In this document: positions 9,053-18,869 of the stretch, piece after piece
How the letters are laid out: each line of letters begins with the position of its first letter
Position numbering within the stretch: the stretch's first letter is position 1
Source: Thermoplasmata archaeon
GTDB taxonomy: Archaea > Thermoplasmatota > Thermoplasmata > Lutacidiplasmatales > UBA184
Assembly (NCBI GenBank): GCA_028864975.1
Contig: JAGWLG010000011.1
Coordinates: 1 to 64,000 of the forward strand
Reading direction: 5' to 3'
DNA length: 64,000 bases
Notes under the pieces: model-generated
The model's input: only the letters and a program-made list of their open reading frames with translations
Told to the model about the DNA's origin: nothing
Database searches by the model: none
Position numbers and translations under genes: made by a program

Positions 9053-11026
9053 TCATTGCGGAGCCTCGCTGGTGGGGCCCTCCCCCTCGGAAAACCCGCG
9101 TTCCCCGCCTTTGGCATGGGAGCTCACACGCACGGCCACCCCGCGACGGAAACGCCCCATCTCTCCCCCCGCGAGGAGCGCCGAGCCCACCGCCAGCAGC
9201 TCGTCGGCGGCGTCGACCACGAGAACGGGTCCGAACGGGACGATCTCCGTGTCGGCGTTCACGACGTGGCGTGAGAATAGGCTGCGCCCCTCGCGGACGA
9301 ACGGGACCGCGTCCGAGTGTGCGACCACCCGTGCCCGGGGAACGGGAAGAGACTCCTTGAGCAGCAGCCCTCCACGGAACGTGGGTCGGGGCAGTCCGTC
9401 ATTCCCGACGATGAAGAGCACGTCTGACTCCCGCCGTATCTCCCGCAGACGCCCGGTCGAACGGGAATGTCGGGCCCGCAGCGGTCCCGCTCGCTCGAGC
9501 TTCTCGACGGCCTCCCACCCCCAAGCGTAGGCAAGGATGGACGCGACATGGCGGTCGACCCACCCTTCGCTTGTCGCTTCGCGGTCTTTCACACCCGTCG
9601 CCGAAGGGGGCGACATCACCTCGCTTGCCTGGCTCGGCGGAGCCATGGGCTTCGGAGGCCGATGCTCCCATGGCCGGAACTCCTCTGGGGCGACGAGGGG
9701 TCCGACCGGATAGATCTCGGTGAGCTCGAGCGGGACCAGCCCCATCGGGGTCGGGACGTCCCAGGAAGCCCAGCGTGGGGTCCCTGCCGCGCCGAGCGGT
9801 GGGGCGTTCCGAAGGGAGGACGGGGACAGGGGGCGGCGCTCGGCCGCTCCTAGCGATGCGGTCCCCCGCCGCCACTTGGAAAGCTCCCGATGGAACCGAG
9901 CGACAGCAGGTCTTTCCAGGCTTCCGGGGAGGACGACGCGGAAGCTCCTGCGGCTTGGAGGCTCGGTGGGCAGGAAGACCTCGGGGTGCGAGCGGAGCTC
10001 CGCCTGCGCGGCCGCGAGGGCGGGGTGCCCAGTGCTGCGTCGTTCGGCGAGCTCCCAGATCTCCCCATCGCGGATCGCCTGGCGCACCCGGGAGATCTCG
10101 AGCGAGCACTGGAGCAGGTTGTGGCGCGCCACGTGCGTCTCGCGCTCGAGGGCAGGGAGGTCCTTGAGCTGGGTCAGCGGGATCTTCCCGCAGAGCGAGC
10201 ACCCGCAGACCTCTTCCTGCACTTCCTCGAGCGCGAGCGACCCTTCGGGGAAGAGGAGCGTCCCCCGCTTCGCGAACTTGTGGTAGGAGGAGGAATCGAA
10301 GAGGTCCCCACCCAGCAAGGCTCCCAGCGCGAACACCATCGGATGGCCGAGCCCGAAGAGGTGGACCGGGTGCTCCGGGGCGAGGTGAGGCCGCGCGAAG
10401 CATAGGACCCGCGCGAGGTCCGCGAAGCGGTAGTGCTCCATCAGCGGGACGATCCCTCCGATGGCGAGCACGTCGCCCAGTTCTGAAGCCGCGGACGCGG
10501 AGCGCGCCCGGAGCTCCGGGTAGAGTCCTCCCTGGACCGGCACCGCGAGGAGCTTCCCCGGCCGTTGGACGCGCGCCTCGCGCGCGCGCGCCACGGTCGT
10601 CTCGACCCCGCTCTCGGCCTCCTCGCGCGTGGCCTCGGGCTCGACGAACTCGTCGAGCAGCGTTGCGATGTCGCTGCCGATCTCTCCCTGGAAGGCCAGG
10701 ATCTCCTGGGGAGAGACCTCGACCTGCCCCCAGGCGTGCTGCTGGAACGCCCCGGAGTCGGTCATGATCACCCCGGGGAAGCCGAGGTAGCGGTGCAATC
10801 CCTCCTTGCGGGCCCGCTCCCGCAGGACGGGCTGACGGTGGAGGATGTAACTGGACGTGATCACTCCACCGAAACCGAAGGTCTCCCTCAGCTCCTTCGG
10901 CGGCACGGTCTGCCGGCCCGGGTCTGGGTGGACCACCGGGAGGAGGGCAGGGGTCTCTAGGACCCCGTGGGGGGTCTCGATACGCCCCCGTCGCGCGAGG
11001 CCATCCCGGTCGATGAGCTCGAACAC
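9053..11026 (-). CDS. tgtA: Archaeosine tRNA-guanine(15) transglycosylase with C-terminal PUA domain
   Basis: IMTDSGAFQ catalytic Asp motif, VPVQGG, HLFGLGHP, DLFDSSSY, Zn site CGCSLC...H, and a PUA domain (GRSLFSRHV...AVGSALL). Confidence 0.95.
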   Translation of the reverse strand: MFELIDRDGLARRGRIETPHGVLETPALLPVVHPDPGRQTVPPKELRETFGFGGVITSSYILHRQPVLRERARKEGLHRYLGFPGVIMTDSGAFQQHAWGQVEVSPQEILAFQGEIGSDIATLLDEFVEPEATREEAESGVETTVARAREARVQRPGKLLAVPVQGGLYPELRARSASAASELGDVLAIGGIVPLMEHYRFADLARVLCFARPHLAPEHPVHLFGLGHPMVFALGALLGGDLFDSSSYHKFAKRGTLLFPEGSLALEEVQEEVCGCSLCGKIPLTQLKDLPALERETHVARHNLLQCSLEISRVRQAIRDGEIWELAERRSTGHPALAAAQAELRSHPEVFLPTEPPSRRSFRVVLPGSLERPAVARFHRELSKWRRGTASLGAAERRPLSPSSLRNAPPLGAAGTPRWASWDVPTPMGLVPLELTEIYPVGPLVAPEEFRPWEHRPPKPMAPPSQASEVMSPPSATGVKDREATSEGWVDRHVASILAYAWGWEAVEKLERAGPLRARHSRSTGRLREIRRESDVLFIVGNDGLPRPTFRGGLLLKESLPVPRARVVAHSDAVPFVREGRSLFSRHVVNADTEIVPFGPVLVVDAADELLAVGSALLAGGEMGRFRRGVAVRVSSHAKGGERGFSEGEGPTSEAPQ

Positions 11027-11065
11027 GACCCCGTCGCAGCCTGTGGGCGGATAACGGTTGGTGCG

Positions 11066-11746
11066 CTACACGAGGTCGCGCCGCACCTTCGCGAGGAGCT
11101 GGTCCATCATCCGGGCCGAGAAGAGACCGGTCTGCACGTTGCGGGGAGAGGGATGGTAGCTCGCCCAGAGTATCGGGGCGTTCTCGGGAAGCTCGACCCG
11201 CAGACCGTGGCGGAACGGCTCCCGAGGTCGCGGGACGTCGTAGACCTCGGCCGAGGCGCGCCGCACCTGGTCCCAGGCGCCTCCCCCGAGAGCCAGAACG
11301 ACCCTGGCGCGGGGGAGGAGCCCAAGCTCCTGCACCAGGTACGGTCGGCAGCGCTGGAACTCCGAGGGCGAAGGACGATTGTCCGGAGGGACGCAACGTA
11401 CCGCCGCGGTCATGTACGCGTCAACCAGTTCCAGACCGTCGTCGCGGCGGAGGGAAGTGGGTTGGTTCGCGAACCCGTTGCGGTGGAGCGCGGCCATCAG
11501 GAACGCTGCGGACCGGTCCCCGGTGAAGACCCGTCCCGTCCGGTTCCCACCCTGGGCGGCGGGCGCGAGACCGACGAGGATGAGCCGGGCGGTGGGGTCC
11601 CCGAACCCCGTGATGGGCCGCGCCCAGTAGCGTTCCCCCCGGCGAGCCTGCCCTTCCCGCGAAACCTTCTCCCGGAAGGCGACGAGGCGAGGGCACTTGC
11701 GGCACCGCTCGATCGCACGGTCGAGGGTCTCGAGGTCCGCGGCCAG
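11066..11746 (-). CDS. Uracil-DNA glycosylase family 5 (UdgB-like, Fe-S)
   Basis: CRKCPRL Fe-S motif, GLAPAAQGGNRTGRVFTGD, VRCVPPDN and YHPSPRN. Start codon uncertain (CTG at 11746 assumed). Confidence 0.88.
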   Translation of the reverse strand: MAADLETLDRAIERCRKCPRLVAFREKVSREGQARRGERYWARPITGFGDPTARLILVGLAPAAQGGNRTGRVFTGDRSAAFLMAALHRNGFANQPTSLRRDDGLELVDAYMTAAVRCVPPDNRPSPSEFQRCRPYLVQELGLLPRARVVLALGGGAWDQVRRASAEVYDVPRPREPFRHGLRVELPENAPILWASYHPSPRNVQTGLFSARMMDQLLAKVRRDLV

Positions 11747-11775
11747 GGGGGCCGCTCGCAGAGGGACGGCCCTGC

Positions 11776-12162
11776 CTACCCGCTGGTCATGAGCGGGCGC
11801 TGGCACTGCTTGCAATGGGTGAGCCAGGGATCGTTGTACGCGCCACAGCTCGGGCACTGCACCGGCCCGTGGGCACCACCCCCGCCCCCGCTGCCTTGGT
11901 AGTAGCTCATGCTCCCACCCCGCTCGTTCGGGTTGTAGTACTGGGGTTGAGAGGGCGGGGGACGGTAGGCGGCGCTCGCCCCCGGCGATCCACCGCCGTA
12001 CTGGGGGGATTGAGGGGCCTGCTGCTGAGGAGCCGCGGGAGCGGCACCGGCTTGGGGCCCGCCGGGTCGGAGCGGGCGGCCGCAGTAGGCGCAGAAGTAT
12101 CCGTCGGCGAGCGTTCCCCACTGGCAGCTCGGGCATCGAACGAAGCGGGCTTGGGCGGCCAT
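11776..12162 (-). CDS. Zinc-ribbon protein with two Cys4 modules joined by a Pro/Gln/Gly/Tyr linker
   Basis: CPSC...CAYC at the N-terminus and CPSC...CKQC at the C-terminus. Confidence 0.8.
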   Translation of the reverse strand: MAAQARFVRCPSCQWGTLADGYFCAYCGRPLRPGGPQAGAAPAAPQQQAPQSPQYGGGSPGASAAYRPPPSQPQYYNPNERGGSMSYYQGSGGGGGAHGPVQCPSCGAYNDPWLTHCKQCQRPLMTSG

Positions 12163-12261
12163 GTGGCACGAGGAAGCGCGGTCCCCCCCATAAAGGGGTC
12201 GACTCGGCGGAAGGTCCGACCTGAGCGACGTTCCGGAGCGTTCCCGGAGGACCCTGAGGGT

Positions 12262-12699
12262 TCACCCGCCGTAAGGTCCGTTCGCGTTCCCGCGCCAGAC
12301 CAGAGGGGTGCGGCAGAACTGGCACTGCGTCTCTCCCACCTGCACGAGCTTCTTGCAGCGGTAGCACGGGACGATCGCGGGTTCGGCCGGCCGCGTGGGG
12401 GCGCGCGCGACCTCCTTGGGGATGGCCGGCCGCAGGGTCTTCCGATACTGCTCGGCGGACGAGAGGAGCTGGTCCAGGGTCCAGCGGTTCTGTGTCGCCC
12501 CTTGCTCGAAGGGGGAGAGCTGTCCGCCGCTCGAGGTGATGCCCATCAGGACCGCCTTGAGCTGGATGACCTTGGCGACCGGGATGCCCGGCTGGCCCTC
12601 GTAGATCTTGACGATGCGCGCGACGGCCTCGGCTTGCTGTTGCCGGACCTTCGCGGCGGCCATGTTATCGAGCGCGGTCTGGTCGATCCCCTTCGCCAT
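12262..12699 (-). CDS. Hypothetical protein with C-terminal zinc ribbon
   Basis: Helical N-terminal domain followed by CYRCKK...CQFC. Start at MAKGIDQ (12699). Confidence 0.75.
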   Translation of the reverse strand: MAKGIDQTALDNMAAAKVRQQQAEAVARIVKIYEGQPGIPVAKVIQLKAVLMGITSSGGQLSPFEQGATQNRWTLDQLLSSAEQYRKTLRPAIPKEVARAPTRPAEPAIVPCYRCKKLVQVGETQCQFCRTPLVWRGNANGPYGG

Positions 12700-12724
12700 C
12701 GCCCGGTCCGAGGAGGGCGCAAAG

Positions 12725-13978
12725 ATGACCCTTACGGGCAGGCCCCCGCTCCCGTCGAGCGAGAGGCACGACGGCAAGCCTCATTACGCCCCCGCCGCGA
12801 GAAGGGTCGTGGCCAGCGCGTCCGCCCGACCCCTCGAGCCCCCGGACCTCTCGGGACTCCAGCGACTCCCCATGTCGTCGACCTTCCGAGGTTCCCTCGC
12901 GGTGGGGTGCGAACAGTGCCTCGAGGGGAGGAAGATGGTCCTGTTCGTTACGGGCCGCTGCCGCTTCCGCTGCTTCTACTGCCCGGTTTCCGAGCGGCGC
13001 AACCAGATCGATGTGACCTACGCCAACGAGCGTCTCGTCGAGCGAGACGAGGATGTCCTCGAGGAGGCCCGGTCCATCGGAGCCGCGGGAACCGGGATCA
13101 CGGGAGGGGACCCTCTCGGGGTCATCGACCGGACCGTGCACTACGTCGAGCTCCTCAAGCGAGAGTTCGGACCCGAGCACCACATCCACCTCTATACCCA
13201 CGAACCCAACCCGGAGAAGTTGGCGCGGCTCGCCCGTGCGGGGCTGGACGAGTTCCGCTTGCACGTTCCCTCCTTCCTGTGGGGCGACCTCGCCGGAGCG
13301 GGCTCCGCTTATCGCCGCGTCCTCGAGGAGGCCCCTTCCTGGGGCGTGCGGCGCGGCGTCGAGGTCCCGGTGCTGCCAGGGAAGGTCCCGGAGCTCCGCC
13401 GGTTGCTCCTGGCGCTCGGGCGGATCGGGGTCGACTTCGTGAACCTGAACGAGCTCGAGTTCTCTCCCACCAACGAGCGGAAGATGTGGGAGCGGGGCTA
13501 CCGGCAGGAGCCCAAGGGGGGCTGGGGGGTCGTCGGGAGCCAGGCGGCCGCCCGGGAGCTCGTCCGCAGGTTCTCGGGCTCGCTTCCGGTGCACTTCTGT
13601 TCCTCCGGTTTCAAGGATGGAGTGCAGTTGCGTCGCAGGCTCCAGCGCCGGGCCGAGCGGACCGCCCTGCCCTTCCATCGCATCACGCCGGACGGGACCC
13701 TGGTCAAGGGCATCGTGGAGGTCCCCGGACCCAGCGCGACCCTGGAAGAGGTCCGCCAGCGATTGGACCGCTCTCGCCGGGTCCCGCCCGACCGCTACCG
13801 CGTCGACGAGCGACGCCGACGGGTCGAGGTCGACCCGGTGCTGCTCCGCCGGGTCGCCCGCACGCTCCCCTTCCCTTGCTTTGAAGTGGAGGAGTACCCC
13901 ACCGCGGACGCTCTCGAGGTCGAGCGGACGCCGCTCAACCGCGCGGCCTTCCCCTCGCGAAGGCCGACCGGCGGTTGA
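12725..13978 (+). CDS. Radical SAM protein (conserved archaeal family, PFL-activating-enzyme related)
   Basis: CRFRCFYC (CxxxCxxC), upstream GCEQCLEG and a TGGDP motif. Start is 12725 or 12872. Confidence 0.85.
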   Translation: MTLTGRPPLPSSERHDGKPHYAPAARRVVASASARPLEPPDLSGLQRLPMSSTFRGSLAVGCEQCLEGRKMVLFVTGRCRFRCFYCPVSERRNQIDVTYANERLVERDEDVLEEARSIGAAGTGITGGDPLGVIDRTVHYVELLKREFGPEHHIHLYTHEPNPEKLARLARAGLDEFRLHVPSFLWGDLAGAGSAYRRVLEEAPSWGVRRGVEVPVLPGKVPELRRLLLALGRIGVDFVNLNELEFSPTNERKMWERGYRQEPKGGWGVVGSQAAARELVRRFSGSLPVHFCSSGFKDGVQLRRRLQRRAERTALPFHRITPDGTLVKGIVEVPGPSATLEEVRQRLDRSRRVPPDRYRVDERRRRVEVDPVLLRRVARTLPFPCFEVEEYPTADALEVERTPLNRAAFPSRRPTGG

Positions 13979-14286
13979 TAGCCCTCGTCGCACGAGTGGC
14001 CCCCGAACGTGATGAACCGCACATCGCCCCGCTGGTGCTTGATCGAGCAAGGGCCCCATCCGCGGTCCTCCTCTCCGTACCAGAGCGGACAGTCCCGGCA
14101 GTGGAGCGGGGCGAGCGGAAGGTCGGAGCCCCAGGGGACCGTCGTCGCCTCGGTCGCGGCCTTGGTCCTTCCGTGATGACCGGCGGCGGAGTCCGCCGTG
14201 GTCGAGGTCTCCGGATGGGCCTCGGGGGGTACCCCCTCGAACGCATCCTCCCCGTTCACAGCTCCAGGACGGTCGGCGTCGGGCAT
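13795..14286 (-). CDS. Small Cys/His-rich hypothetical protein translationally coupled to folD
   Basis: ATG overlaps the folD TGA (TGATG at 14288-14284). Contains HCRDCPLW...GPCSIKH...GHSC. The tail overlaps the radical SAM gene convergently by about 180 nt. Confidence 0.55.
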   Translation of the reverse strand: MPDADRPGAVNGEDAFEGVPPEAHPETSTTADSAAGHHGRTKAATEATTVPWGSDLPLAPLHCRDCPLWYGEEDRGWGPCSIKHQRGDVRFITFGGHSCDEGYQPPVGLREGKAARLSGVRSTSRASAVGYSSTSKQGKGSVRATRRSSTGSTSTRRRRSSTR

Positions 14287-15200
14287 CAAGAGGTCCCCGC
14301 CAGGAGCTCGTACCCCCGGGCACAGTTCGCCATCAGGTTCGCGACGGTCACCGGACCGACCCCGCCGGGCACCGGGGTGAGCGCGGAGGCCCAACCCTGA
14401 AGGCTGGAGGCGTTCGCGTCCCCTTGCATGAGCACGCCGGTGGGTCGAGAGGGGTCCGAGGTCGTCGTGAGTCCCACGTCCACGACGTAGGCGCGTTGCG
14501 CGACGTTGGCCCGCGTGAGCAGCCCGGGTCGCCCTACGCACGAGATGATGATCTCGCCGGTCCGCAGGACCGAGTCGAGGTCCTTCGACCGGGAGTGGGC
14601 GATGGTCACTGTCGCGTCGCCCTCGTTGCCTCGAAGGAGGAAGAGCAGGGCCGTGGGGACCCCCACCGTCTCGGAACGTCCGACGACGACGACCGTCCGC
14701 CCCTCAGGGCGCACGCCGTAGTGGAGAAGCAGGTCGCGGGAAGCGAGCGCGACGGCCGGGACCTGCACGGGCCGATGGGCCGCCAGGCGTCCCAGGTTCT
14801 CGCTCCCGACGCCGTCGACGTCCTTCTCTGGCCTCAACAAGGAGACGGCACGGAGGAAGTCCAGTCCGTGCGGGAGCGGATGCTGGAGGATGACCCCGCA
14901 GACCGTCGGGTCCTGGTCCAGGGCGCGGACTTTCTCCTCGAGCTCGCGCTGCCCCACGGTGGCGGGGAGGACCGAGGGAAGGAATGCGATGTGCGCCTTG
15001 GCGGCCATCTTCGCCTGCTGCCGCTGGTAGACATTGAAGGGCCCTCCCTCGCCCACGGCGATGCTTGCCAATCGGGGTGGGGCGCGGCCTGGGGCGAGCG
15101 CCCTATCGATGCGTGCGGTGGTCCGTTCGTAGATCTCCTCGGCGAGCTTCTTGCCCTCCCATCGCGCGGTGGGAGACTGGGCCGCTGGGTTCGCGACCAT
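14286..15200 (-). CDS. folD: Bifunctional 5,10-methylene-THF dehydrogenase / methenyl-THF cyclohydrolase
   Basis: GVILQHPLP, KDVDG, VVGRSETVGVP, TVTIAHS, VVDVG and TPVPGGVGPVTVA motifs. Start trimmed to MVANP (15200). Confidence 0.93.
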   Translation of the reverse strand: MVANPAAQSPTARWEGKKLAEEIYERTTARIDRALAPGRAPPRLASIAVGEGGPFNVYQRQQAKMAAKAHIAFLPSVLPATVGQRELEEKVRALDQDPTVCGVILQHPLPHGLDFLRAVSLLRPEKDVDGVGSENLGRLAAHRPVQVPAVALASRDLLLHYGVRPEGRTVVVVGRSETVGVPTALLFLLRGNEGDATVTIAHSRSKDLDSVLRTGEIIISCVGRPGLLTRANVAQRAYVVDVGLTTTSDPSRPTGVLMQGDANASSLQGWASALTPVPGGVGPVTVANLMANCARGYELLAGTS

Positions 15201-15407
15201 CGCGTTCCGCTCCGGAGGGGACCTCCGAGAGAGCACGGAGGACCGACCGGGGAGTCCCACGACGGCGGTCCCTTATGATGACTCGCTGCCCGACCGTCGA
15301 GTGCTCGGCAGCAAGGGTTTATCGTGGGCAGCGGTGCTATTTGAAGTGAGAAGACCCGGTTTGAGGACGACATCGCATACCCCGACCTGGTCGACCTCGA
15401 GGGGGAG

Positions 15408-17429
15408 ATGAGCGGGCCATCGACACGCGGGACCGAGCCGCCCCCCGCCGCTCCGGGCGACGTCGACACCTGGATCCGCGGCCAGCCTTTCACCACCACG
15501 CAGGATGTGGAGGTCCCTGCCCGCCTCTTGGACCAGGTCATCGGCCAGGACGACGCCGTGGAGGTGGCGAAGAAGGCCGCGACCCAGAAGCGCCACATGA
15601 TCCTGATCGGCGAGCCCGGCACCGGGAAGAGCATGCTCGCCCGGTCGATGATCGACTTCATGCCGAAGGAGCCGCTCCAGGACATCCTCGCCTACCCCAA
15701 CGCCGAAGACCCGAACGAGCCCAAGGTCCGGGTGGTCCCCGCGGCGAAGGGCAAGGAGATCGTTGCGGCCCAGAAGCTCGCGGCGGCGCAGAAGAAGGAG
15801 AACCGCGCGCTGGGCTTCCTTGCCCTGGGCGTCCTCCTGATCGCGCTCGACGTCTACGTGTTCCTTCTCGACCGATCGGTGATCGACCTGATCCTGATCG
15901 GGCTCTTCTCGCTCTTCATCTTCATGATGCTCCTCGTCTTCGTCCGCGTTGCCTCCGCGAAGCCGGACTCTTCCGAGGTGGTGGCGAAGCTCTTGATCGG
16001 GCATGCCACCGACGAGAAGCCCCCGTTCGTGGATGCGACCGGGGCCCATGCCGGGGCCTTGCTCGGCGACGTGAAGCATGACCCCTACCAGTCCGGGGGC
16101 CTCGAGACCCCGCCGCACGATCGGGTCGAGGTGGGGGCCATCCACAAGGCCCACGGTGGCGTCCTGTTCGTCGACGAGATCCATCTGCTCAAGCCCGAGA
16201 GCCAGCACGCGCTCCTGACCGCCCTCCAGGAGAGGAAGTTCCCGATCGTGGGCCAATCCGAGCGCTCGGCGGGAGCGATGGTCAAGACCGAGCCTGTACC
16301 CTGCGACTTCATCCTCGTCGCCGCGGGGAACCTGGATTCCGTCCAGGAGATGCACCCCGCGCTCCGCAGCCGCATCCGGGGCTACGGGTACGAGGTGTAC
16401 GTCAAGTCGACGATGCCTGACACCGTCGCGAACCGCCAGAAGCTCGTCCGCTTCGTGGCGCAGGAGGTCCTGAAGGACAAGAAGATCCCTCACTTCCACC
16501 GCGGCGCTGTCGCGGAGATCCTCCGGGAAGCCCAACGCCGCGCAGGAAGGGCCGGGCAGCTCACGCTCCGCCTGCGTGAGCTGGGCGGGCTCATCCGGGT
16601 CGCCGGGGACATCGCCAACTCCGAGGGTGCGAAGATCGTCGAGGCCGACCACGTGCTTCGCGCCAAGAAGGCCTCTCGCTCGCTCGAGCAGCAGATCGCC
16701 GAGCGGGTGATCCAGCGTCGCCAGGACTATCGGATGTTCACGACCGAGGGGTCGGCGGTGGGCGTGGTGAACGGGCTCGCTGCCCTGGTGGGACAAGAAG
16801 GGATGACGGAGTTCTCCGGCATCGTGCTCCCTATCGTGGCCGAGGTCACCCCGGCGCAATCTTCCGGCGGCGGTGTGGTCGTCGCCACGGGTAAGCTTGG
16901 CGAGATCGCCAAGGAGGCGGTCCAGAACGTGAGCGCCCTGATCAAGAAGTACACGGGGGAGGACATCTCGAAGTACGACATCCACATCCAGTTCGTCGGG
17001 ACGCACGAGGGCGTGGAAGGCGACTCGGCCTCCGTCTCGATCGCGACGGCCGTCATCAGTGCGCTCGAAGGGGTCCCGGTCGACCAGCGCGTGGCCATGA
17101 CGGGCTCGCTCTCCATCCGCGGAGCCGTGCTGCCCGTGGGCGGGGTCACGGCGAAGGTCGAGGCCGCGAGCGACGTGGGGATCTCCCGCGTCCTCATCCC
17201 GGAGGACAACATGGCCGACCTGATGCTGGAGCCTCGGTTCAAGGAGAAGGTGGAGGTTCTCCCCGTCCGCACCCTCCGGGACGTGCTGAAGTACGCCCTG
17301 GTGGGGATGGAGGAGAAGAAGGCCTCGCTCCTGGAGCGGCTCGCGGACCGCATGGTCCGCGTTCGGGGAGATCTCCCCCCCGTCGCCCCCGTCGCCGCTC
17401 CCCCGCTCTCCTCGCCCAAGCCGAGCTAG
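15408..17429 (+). CDS. lonB: Archaeal membrane-anchored ATP-dependent Lon protease (LonB)
   Basis: Walker [11 protein letters not shown] insert, Walker B LFVDEI, catalytic Ser (EGDSASVS) and Lys ([10 protein letters not shown]). Confidence 0.96.
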   Translation: MSGPSTRGTEPPPAAPGDVDTWIRGQPFTTTQDVEVPARLLDQVIGQDDAVEVAKKAATQKRHMILIGEPGTGKSMLARSMIDFMPKEPLQDILAYPNAEDPNEPKVRVVPAAKGKEIVAAQKLAAAQKKENRALGFLALGVLLIALDVYVFLLDRSVIDLILIGLFSLFIFMMLLVFVRVASAKPDSSEVVAKLLIGHATDEKPPFVDATGAHAGALLGDVKHDPYQSGGLETPPHDRVEVGAIHKAHGGVLFVDEIHLLKPESQHALLTALQERKFPIVGQSERSAGAMVKTEPVPCDFILVAAGNLDSVQEMHPALRSRIRGYGYEVYVKSTMPDTVANRQKLVRFVAQEVLKDKKIPHFHRGAVAEILREAQRRAGRAGQLTLRLRELGGLIRVAGDIANSEGAKIVEADHVLRAKKASRSLEQQIAERVIQRRQDYRMFTTEGSAVGVVNGLAALVGQEGMTEFSGIVLPIVAEVTPAQSSGGGVVVATGKLGEIAKEAVQNVSALIKKYTGEDISKYDIHIQFVGTHEGVEGDSASVSIATAVISALEGVPVDQRVAMTGSLSIRGAVLPVGGVTAKVEAASDVGISRVLIPEDNMADLMLEPRFKEKVEVLPVRTLRDVLKYALVGMEEKKASLLERLADRMVRVRGDLPPVAPVAAPPLSSPKPS

Positions 17430-17453
17430 ACGATCCGCGGGGAGGGTTCGATC

Positions 17454-17708
17454 ATGCCCCCGGCGGCCGGGCGCAAGGGACCCACGATCCCCAGCCACTT
17501 TGCCCCCTCGGCGGGCGCCTTCTCGACGGAGGAAGAGGGGGAGGAGGAATCCCCTCGCACGGGAAGGCCCTGCTATGTGTTCAACCCGATCCTCAAGAGG
17601 AACCTCGACGACACGGCCTGCGAGCACTGCCGCTTCTACCTCACGTCCCGCTGCCCTCACCTCGAGGAGTTCATGGAAGACCTCGAGGAGATGAGCCCCG
17701 AAGGCTGA
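17454..17708 (+). CDS. Small Cys4 protein with acidic tail
   Basis: CYVFNP...CEHC...CPH motif followed by LEEFMEDLEEM; starts 25 nt after lonB. Confidence 0.65.
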   Translation: MPPAAGRKGPTIPSHFAPSAGAFSTEEEGEEESPRTGRPCYVFNPILKRNLDDTACEHCRFYLTSRCPHLEEFMEDLEEMSPEG

Positions 17709-17842
17709 GCGTCCGCACCGTGCCCGCGCCCTCGCGGAACCGCTGCGGTCTCTCGAGGAGGCTTTGGAGAAAGCTCTCCGGAGACCGCGCGGGCCCGTTC
17801 CCCCAGCGACGCCTATAGCACGTCGCGGGTAGCGCGATTCAC

Positions 17843-18805
17843 ATGCTCACCAAGGAGCTCCGACGGTTCCTACTCAGGGGGACCGACCCTTCCGTCCGCT
17901 ACTTCACGCTGAGGGATCTTCTCGACCGACCGGAGAGCGACCCTGCCGTCCGCAGGGCAAGGAGCGAGATCGGGCGAGAGGGCTGGGCCGCTCGCATCCT
18001 GGGGGGGCAGCAGAAGGGGGGCTTCTGGGAGCGGTTCAACGGGGATGGCGACGAGCTCTACGGCCCGAAGTACATCGCGACGAACTGGCGCCTGATCGTG
18101 CTCTCGGACCTGGGAATGACCCGACGCGACCCCCGGGTCCGCAAGGCGGCCGAGCTCCTGCTCAAGACCTGGGACCAGCCGCGTGGCGGGGTCTTCGGCG
18201 GAAAGTACAGCGAGGTCTGCGTTACCGGGAACTGTGTGCGGATGATGACGAGGTTCGGCTACCGCGAGGATGAGCGCGTCCAACGGGCGATCGACTGGCT
18301 CGTCAAGGTCCAGAAGAAGGACGGAGGATGGCACTGCTTTCCCTCGCGCACGGGCACCCTCGATGGTTGGGAGCCGATGGCCGCCTTCGCGGCGGTCCCC
18401 CCTCAGGAACGTTCCGCGGGGGTGCGCCGTGCGATCGAGCGGGGAGCCGAGTTCTACCTGGGCCGACGGCTCCTACGTGATCCGGACGGCGTGCGGTACC
18501 GTCCCTGGGAGCGACTGCACTACCCGAACCACTACTACTACGACCTGCTGGTCGGGCTCGACTTCCTTACCGCCGTCGGCTATGGCTCCGACCCGAGAAT
18601 GCGGAGGGCGCTCGACCTTCTCGGTTCGAAGCGACGGCGCGACGGAGCCTGGGCCCTGGAGGGGATCCACCCCGACCTGGAACCCGACAGCCCCTATCGT
18701 CCGAAGACCCCCGTCTACCCCATGATGCTGGAGTACCCCGGTCAGCCCAGCCGATGGGCGACGATGCTGGCCCTTCGGGTGCAGCGTCGTGCGGGTCGGC
18801 TCTGA
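17843..18805 (+). CDS. Prenyltransferase/squalene-cyclase-repeat (alpha-alpha barrel) protein of unknown function, paralog 1
   Basis: QW-like repeats (WLVKVQKKDGGWHC, KRRRDGAW), YGPKYIATNWRL and HYPNHYYYDLLVGL. TATA-like CTATAG lies about 25 nt upstream. Confidence 0.75.
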   Translation: MLTKELRRFLLRGTDPSVRYFTLRDLLDRPESDPAVRRARSEIGREGWAARILGGQQKGGFWERFNGDGDELYGPKYIATNWRLIVLSDLGMTRRDPRVRKAAELLLKTWDQPRGGVFGGKYSEVCVTGNCVRMMTRFGYREDERVQRAIDWLVKVQKKDGGWHCFPSRTGTLDGWEPMAAFAAVPPQERSAGVRRAIERGAEFYLGRRLLRDPDGVRYRPWERLHYPNHYYYDLLVGLDFLTAVGYGSDPRMRRALDLLGSKRRRDGAWALEGIHPDLEPDSPYRPKTPVYPMMLEYPGQPSRWATMLALRVQRRAGRL

Positions 18806-18869
18806 GGGTCTTTTCCGGCCTGCCTCTTCGACCGTCGCATGTAAAATACTAGGGTACGGTCGCTCGGGC

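Noticed and set aside
15275-15340. C/D-box sRNA (ATGATGA box C) in the folD-lonB spacer
   Set aside because: No properly spaced CTGA D box or terminal stem; the region reads as divergent promoters.
17843-18805. Calling the two alpha-barrel proteins squalene-hopene cyclase or nitrogenase NifH
   Set aside because: Too short for SHC, with no DxDD motif. No P-loop or Fe-S motif of NifH.
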